Source of the DNA: Longimicrobiales bacterium
Lineage (GTDB): Bacteria; Gemmatimonadota; Gemmatimonadetes; Longimicrobiales; Gaopeijiaceae
Length of the DNA: 64,000 nucleotides
Direction of reading: 5' to 3'
NCBI GenBank assembly: GCA_965203485.1
Contig: OZ241892.1
Coordinates: forward strand, 2,048,001-2,112,000
The notes below the pieces were generated by a model. It ran no database searches. It worked only from the letters and a program-made list of their open reading frames with translations, and was not told where the DNA came from. Made by a program: the position numbers and the translations under genes. Of this stretch, positions 59,074 through 64,000 are shown piece by piece. Position 1 is the first letter of the stretch; each line of letters begins with the position of its first letter.

Positions 59074-59591
59074 CAGTATATGGCCCCAGGCTCCGGTTCG
59101 GCGGGCACTGATTGCAAGCACAGATGAACCGTGCCACCCTGTTCACCTTCCACTGGCCCTGCGACGAATAATGTCTTGTAGCCAGAAACGCAATCGACAA
59201 ACCAAAACGGATAATCCTCTTCTGAGGACCGGAGGTCGATCCCGAGAAACCAGTTGTGGGCCGGGTCCAACATCCAGGAGATCGATCCGTCGGCGACACG
59301 GCGCCCATCGTTGATTATCCGAACGAACACTTGCTGATTGCCGTGTTTTGGCACGCTTGTCGATACTGCCCAGCGCGTGTCGTTGGCGATCATCGCGAAA
59401 TCTTCGGGTCGAAACGTATGCCCGTCGATTTCGACTTCCAATCCAGCAAGATCCGCATTCTCTTCGCTCACAGGAGGTGTTGCATGAACCTCCAATCGAC
59501 AGCACTTGTCTTCACAGGCATTAACTGCGAGCAGAATGATTGCCGTTGCGATTCGCGCACACCAACGACATTTGATGATTGTTGTATTCAT
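59073..59591 (-). CDS. Hypothetical lipoprotein, low GC
   Basis: IATAIILLAVNAC lipobox; GGAGAG RBS; beta-rich sequence; atypical AT-rich codons. Confidence 0.8.
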   Translation of the reverse strand: MNTTIIKCRWCARIATAIILLAVNACEDKCCRLEVHATPPVSEENADLAGLEVEIDGHTFRPEDFAMIANDTRWAVSTSVPKHGNQQVFVRIINDGRRVADGSISWMLDPAHNWFLGIDLRSSEEDYPFWFVDCVSGYKTLFVAGPVEGEQGGTVHLCLQSVPAEPEPGAIY

Positions 59592-59615
59592 TTCATTGCT
59601 CTCCGGGTTTCGTGT

Positions 59616-61391
59616 TCATCGCCCAACATTCTTGAGCCATGTCGAGCGAATATGGTCGGCATTCCAGTTCGAAGGTTCTCTTGCCTTCTCGGAAACGGTA
59701 TGAGGACTCGCTACCGAGAAATGAGCTCTGTGTACAGAAGAATTGACTCTGTTTTCCAAGCACCAGATGAAGTCCGTGACGTTTTCGCGAGCGCGCCATA
59801 TATAATTTCCTCTAAACGTGCGATAGCGAACGCGACATGTCCTGAAGACCTCGATGACGTACGTCGAAGAATACGTCGTGCGGTCTCCCGTCTCGTTTGT
59901 GGCATCAATCAAATCGTGAAACAACGCCGCTACGCTACCTTCGACCTCCGCTGGTCTTGAACGAGATGAATGACGGGGACGAAAATGTTCGTAATTTTCA
60001 TAAGCAGGAGCGCCAACGCTGGCCGCGTAGTCTGCCAGTCCTTCTTGTAGCGCACATGTATACGACGACGCCTCGTCAATGTAATGGGGATCGCAGTTTC
60101 TAGCTGACCACAACCCTCCCAGAGACGCATGGTGCAACGCATGGGCATACTCGTGTGCTACAACCCATTTGTTCTTGTACGACTTTCCAAACACGATCTC
60201 GTCATCACGGGAACGAAAATACGACTTGTTAGCAGTCGGACTGACTCGCCATTTTACCGGCGACCTGCCGTAGCCGAAGTGGCTGCGGATTCGAGGAATC
60301 ACTTCGTTGAGGTAACCCCAAGTCACATAGATGTACTTCGGGACGACGAACTGAATCGTATCGCCGCACTGGTATGCCCCCACCTCCCAACCGTACAAGA
60401 AAGGCTTGGCGCGCGCGTCTGTCGTGCCAGGCACGCTGCCGTGGCCGTGCCAATACTCGAAAGGTCCAGCGCAGGGGTACTGCACAATTCCGTTGCGCGG
60501 GACTCGGCGCCAGACGGTGGTCCGGCTAGTATCGGATTGGCCGTACAGCCGGGCGTCGACGTCGGCCCCCTCGGCTGGCAGATAGCGACCGTCGTCGTAG
60601 TACACGACTTCCAGCCATGTCGAGCTTGCAGATGAGGCGGCAGCCGAGGCCGCACCTCGCGCTTTCGTCCGGCCACCGTGACGAGCACGGAACGGACCGG
60701 GTTGCGGAACAATTCGGTCGGGAAAGAGAGAAGCCACGAACCCGCGAGTCAAGACGCCGCCAGCCTCGACGACGTACATCCACGCTTGCTCGTGCGTGTC
60801 GTCGAGCAGATACGGGCCGCGACCCGACGGATCCGGCCCTCTCGTGCGGATGTCCACGGCCACGTGGTAGTATCCCTTTCCCGGCAGGCGAAGCGGCACG
60901 TTCCGCTTCCAGGTCTCGCCCTTGGCAATTCCGGAGAGGGTCCACGAGCCGATTGTCGGCATCTTGGACGACGGCGGGAAGCGTGGCTGCTTGTCGGGGC
61001 CAACATACGCCATCCCCGCCATCGTCGGCAACACGAGTTGGACCGATCCGCTCGATATGGCCTCGGTGGCCGTCGCTTCCAGCTCGAGGACCACGGCCGA
61101 ATGCGGCGCCAGGGGTCCCACGACCTTTATGGCCAAGTCGAGCCTTGGCACGAAGTTGTCGACAATGTCCTCTGTTTGCGACACGGCCAGGAAGGTTCCG
61201 CCGGCCATTGAGGCCGAGTCGGCCGCCGTTTCCGGCTTGGCGAGATCGAGCGGATGGTCCGAGCAACCAGCCAGCATCACGGCCATGGCCAGCAGACTCA
61301 AGGCCAAGGTCCGTCGATGGGCGGGCGCATGCCCCGTGGTCCCTCTCGGGACGGGCCGCGCTCTTGCGCGAGTCACGATTGCGATTCTCAT
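59616..61391 (-). CDS. Lipoprotein zinc metalloprotease (gluzincin-like HEXXH...E)
   Basis: MLAGC lipobox; VVAHEYAHALHH followed by ALQEGLADY; AGAGGAG RBS. Confidence 0.8.
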   Translation of the reverse strand: MRIAIVTRARARPVPRGTTGHAPAHRRTLALSLLAMAVMLAGCSDHPLDLAKPETAADSASMAGGTFLAVSQTEDIVDNFVPRLDLAIKVVGPLAPHSAVVLELEATATEAISSGSVQLVLPTMAGMAYVGPDKQPRFPPSSKMPTIGSWTLSGIAKGETWKRNVPLRLPGKGYYHVAVDIRTRGPDPSGRGPYLLDDTHEQAWMYVVEAGGVLTRGFVASLFPDRIVPQPGPFRARHGGRTKARGAASAAASSASSTWLEVVYYDDGRYLPAEGADVDARLYGQSDTSRTTVWRRVPRNGIVQYPCAGPFEYWHGHGSVPGTTDARAKPFLYGWEVGAYQCGDTIQFVVPKYIYVTWGYLNEVIPRIRSHFGYGRSPVKWRVSPTANKSYFRSRDDEIVFGKSYKNKWVVAHEYAHALHHASLGGLWSARNCDPHYIDEASSYTCALQEGLADYAASVGAPAYENYEHFRPRHSSRSRPAEVEGSVAALFHDLIDATNETGDRTTYSSTYVIEVFRTCRVRYRTFRGNYIWRARENVTDFIWCLENRVNSSVHRAHFSVASPHTVSEKAREPSNWNADHIRSTWLKNVGR

Positions 61392-61488
61392 TTTGAAGTA
61401 CTCCTCTTGCTATCGGCGTGAAGCGTTGCGGTCTGGACATCTGGATAGCGGCCGCCCAAGCTGCGAGGCGACATGCCTCTAGCCTCGC

Positions 61489-61503
61489 GCATGAACCGTG
61501 CCA
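61489..61503 (-). promoter_or_regulatory. Putative sigma54 (-24/-12) promoter for the metalloprotease module
   Basis: TGGCACG-GTTC-ATGC, one mismatch to TGGCACG-N4-TTGC, about 100 nt upstream of ATG 61391. Confidence 0.6.
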
Positions 61504-61746
61504 AACCGTTTGGTCTTGATTTTCAAGGCATTTTGAGGAGGAGTGTCCCGTGAGCGCGACACCCAGTGTCCGATGAGCACGACGCCCTGGGCGCCGCAAC
61601 GGGACGGCCTCCCGCGAGCTGGTCGCCGGCGGCAAGGGGGGAACGGCGGCGCACGACCGGCGTCCCCTGCTTCGACGCGCGCGCTCGGACTTGGTTGGCG
61701 TCCGCCGGCGGATCTGGCGTGGGTCAGCACGCATGCCGTTGCGGCG

Positions 61747-62136
61747 TCAGCGCACCACCCTGACGGTCACGCCCCGGATCTTCAGCTCCGCCCATGCGCG
61801 GTCGGCGGTCACGGCGGGAACGCGCAACCGGCGGGCCGTCGCGAGACACGCGAGGGCGCCGAGAGAAGGGTCCAGGCGCTTCGTCTTGGGCAGGTAGGCG
61901 TCGGCGCGCAGGGCCGTCTCGGCGTCGAAGGGAACGATCTCGATGTCGAGTTCCGTGAACACGTCGGCGACCTCGCCCGCGGTCCAGCCGTCCGCGCGGA
62001 GACGGCCGGCGACTTCGGCCACGTTGACCGAGGACATGGCCGCGCCGTGGCCGAGCGCCTCTTCGACGAGTTCCGCGCCCGGCTCGCCGAAGACGGCCGC
62101 CAAGAGGGCCGAAGCGTCCAAGAGAACCCGGCGCAT
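61747..62136 (-). CDS. VapC-family PIN-domain toxin
   Basis: VLLDASALLA..GEPG, MSSVNVAEV, IVPFD, SLG.LACLA, VTADRAW. Confidence 0.88.
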   Translation of the reverse strand: MRRVLLDASALLAAVFGEPGAELVEEALGHGAAMSSVNVAEVAGRLRADGWTAGEVADVFTELDIEIVPFDAETALRADAYLPKTKRLDPSLGALACLATARRLRVPAVTADRAWAELKIRGVTVRVVR

Positions 62137-62142
62137 GACCCG

Positions 62143-62439
62143 TCAGCCGGCCCGGCGCTCGGCAATGAAGGCGTCCACGACGTCGCCGCCGTCTCGCCGT
62201 CGGCGTCGCGCGATGGCGCGGAGGCGCTCGAGCGCGGCCTCCACCGTCCTCAGCCGAACGGCGTCTCCTTCCAAGCTGGCGACCAGCTCCGTCCGCCCCC
62301 GTATGCCCAACGCCTTGCGGAAGCGCGCCGGCAAGACCACGCGGCCCGCCTCGTCGATGGCGACGTGCTCCGTGTCCGCCAAGCGGCCCGGGCGGCGGTT
62401 GGACGGCGGCGAAACGGCATTTTCGCGCGTTTCTGCCAT
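62143..62439 (-). CDS. AbrB/MazE/SpoVT-family antitoxin
   Basis: IDEAGRVVLPARFRKALGI; C-terminal VVDAFIAERRA; directly upstream of the PIN gene. Confidence 0.85.
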   Translation of the reverse strand: MAETRENAVSPPSNRRPGRLADTEHVAIDEAGRVVLPARFRKALGIRGRTELVASLEGDAVRLRTVEAALERLRAIARRRRRDGGDVVDAFIAERRAG

Positions 62440-62562
62440 GATCGCGGCTTTCTGGTAGATGCGGCCGTTTCTGGTAGGTGCGGCCGCTTATGGCAGGAAC
62501 TGGCGCTTATGGCATGACCATGGACTTCTGCCATGAACGGCCCGGCGTACCATATGGCCGCG
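62430..62562. repeat. Degenerate 19-bp-period tandem array over the antitoxin start/promoter
   Basis: Units at 62430 TTTCTGCCAT, 62449 TTTCTGGTAG, 62468 TTTCTGGTAG, 62487 CTTATGGCAG, 62506 CTTATGGCAT, 62525 CTTCTGCCAT, 62544 GGCGTACCAT. Confidence 0.8.
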
Positions 62563-62699
62563 TCGTGGCCGGCGGCAAGGGGACGGCCCCTTCGCGCTCC
62601 AAAGCCGGCGTAGACGCAGAATCGCGCGGGCGACGGCGCGGCCGGCCAATGCCTCGGGCGCAAGAGACGGATCGACTGCGGTGACGACGGCGCGATTGC

Positions 62700-62913
62700 C
62701 TCAACTGGATTCGGGGAGCTCGTCCGCCACTCGTCGCGCGAGCTTGTCCGCCAATGGTCTCGTCGCCTTCCCAGCTCGCCCGCCATTCCCGCAGCGTGGC
62801 CCAAGGTTGCGCAACCCTTGAAGCGAAAACAAGTCGGCGCCCAACGGCACCACGATGAAGTCGCTCGCGATCAGCGCCGATCTATTGATGGCGCCCAGGT
62901 TCGGACCGAGGAT
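62700..62913 (-). pseudogene. ParA-family ATPase internal fragment
   Basis: ILGPNLGAINRSALIASDFIVVPLGADLFSLQGLRNLGP then frameshift TLREWRASW; boundaries approximate. Confidence 0.7.
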
Positions 62914-63335
62914 CGATTCTATACAGCGTTACGTGACTCAACAAGCGCGCCAGCGGATGGCTCGGGAAGAGAAACAGCGCCGAACGCGACGGAGGCAACA
63001 TCCTGGCCGGGCCGTCAGCCAAACCGGTAGCGATTCGCAATTCGTCGGCAGGCCGATGCACCAGGCTGGCATTGTGCTTGAGCTTTTCTTCAATCCGCGG
63101 AGCGTCTTGCAAGTCGATGGTCAAACCGTATCGCGCGACCTCCGGCGGAGGCTCGAACGCGGGCAACGTCCAATCCATGGCGAATTTCAGTCGCCGGTTG
63201 TGCGGAGCGTAGCGCTTGGCCGAGCGAATGTTCTCCGCGCCGCCATGCGCGCGCAACGCGTCTTCGACATCGACCCGGATTACGCGCGTCCGAAGAAATC
63301 CAGAGCATCGAAGTGATTGCTCTTTCCGGAACGCC
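62914..63335 (-). pseudogene. AAA/ABC-type ATPase (AAA_21-like) N-terminal fragment
   Basis: Walker-A-like SGKSNHFDALDFF, frameshift, then DVEDALRAHGGAENIRS...; joined to the ParA fragment; boundaries approximate. Confidence 0.5.
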
Positions 63336-63758
63336 GGGCCTCGACCGCTTGGCGGTTGCGGCTCGGCACCACGGCGCTGCGTCTCTCCATGTCCAAGTCC
63401 GAGGCCGCCGCCACGTACTCGCGGGCGAGCGCACCGAAGAGACGCTCGGCCGCCGCCCCGCTGGCGCTGGCGGCCGGTGCGGAAGACGGCTACCTGCACG
63501 AGAATACCTGGGCCACGCCTTCGCCGTACCTGCACCATCTCGGCCCGCACCGGCTTCGGCATCGTCGGATCGTTTGCGTTTGTCCGTCCCAAACGCTATT
63601 GTTGCGGCATCCTTCACCGTTCCGTCCCGGCGGGCCACGCGCCAGACCTCCGCACCCGAACCTTGTGAGCGTAGCGACGTCGTCCCCGGGCGGGGCGGTG
63701 ACGGTCTTCCTTCCGGCAGGCTTGCCTGCGCCGCGGTTCCTTGGACGGGCTCCGGCCG

Positions 63759-63998
63759 TCAGCGTCCCCGCCAGCCCAGGTGCGGCGACCAGTCCGGGTC
63801 TTCCGCCCGCGCGCCCCGCACGCCGACAAGCAGCCGAATCCGGCCCGAGCCCGAGTCCACCACGTAGACTCCGCGCTCGGCGGTGAAGACGATGTGACGG
63901 CCGTCGGGCGCCCAGCTCGGGTCCTGGTTGTCGCCTTGGCGGGTGAGCTGGACTAGGCGCGAGTCGCCGGTCTCCGTGTCGGCCACGAGGATCTGGTG
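63759..63998 (-). CDS. tolB: TolB C-terminus (PD40 repeats), partial
   Basis: QILVADTETG..QLTRQGDNQDPSWAPDGRHIVF...EDPDWSP; upstream of pal on the same strand. Confidence 0.75.
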   Translation of the reverse strand, partial: HQILVADTETGDSRLVQLTRQGDNQDPSWAPDGRHIVFTAERGVYVVDSGSGRIRLLVGVRGARAEDPDWSPHLGWRGR

Positions 63999-64000
63999 GA

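Noticed and set aside
62430..62562. 19-bp array as a CRISPR array
   Set aside because: The period is too short, there are no unique spacers, and no cas genes are present
63336..63750. ORFs between the AAA remnant and tolB
   Set aside because: No frame shows a recognisable motif or a consistent start

Overview
High-GC bacterial chromosomal DNA; gene content and order suggest Gemmatimonadota (inference, not proven). About 55 kb is housekeeping sequence: a fatty-acid CoA ligase/CutA/TerB cluster, a LeuA-family synthase running into phoB-phoR-pstSCAB-phoU, tRNA(CAT), upp, msrB, an NAD-type isocitrate dehydrogenase, an acyl-CoA dehydrogenase, two divergent ATP/ADP-antiporter-like MFS paralogs, an amidohydrolase, tRNA-Thr, a long minus-strand run (pyk, MBL hydrolase, pgi, ytxH, fsa, L,D-transpeptidase, smpB, pyrD, pyrF, cysS), rnd, a DksA/TraR protein, yggX, a TonB-dependent receptor, tatA/tatC, lptD, nrdR, cpoB and pal. 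An ~8 kb accessory island (~55360-63600) separates pal from tolB. It holds a nested IS stack (IS1202/ISNCY remnant, IS3 remnant, intact IS1182 with a CTAG target duplication), a 5'-truncated PQQ sugar dehydrogenase, a lower-GC module, a VapBC-type TA pair under a 19-bp-periodic repeat array, and ParA/AAA-ATPase debris. The lower-GC module is a sigma54-type promoter, an HEXXH metalloprotease lipoprotein, a second lipoprotein and a small ORF repeating that lipoprotein's C-terminus; it is the best candidate for an undescribed system. Other notable items are two translationally coupled small ORFs before ytxH and a 2-Cys DksA variant. All calls come from motif recognition by eye; no database searches were run.
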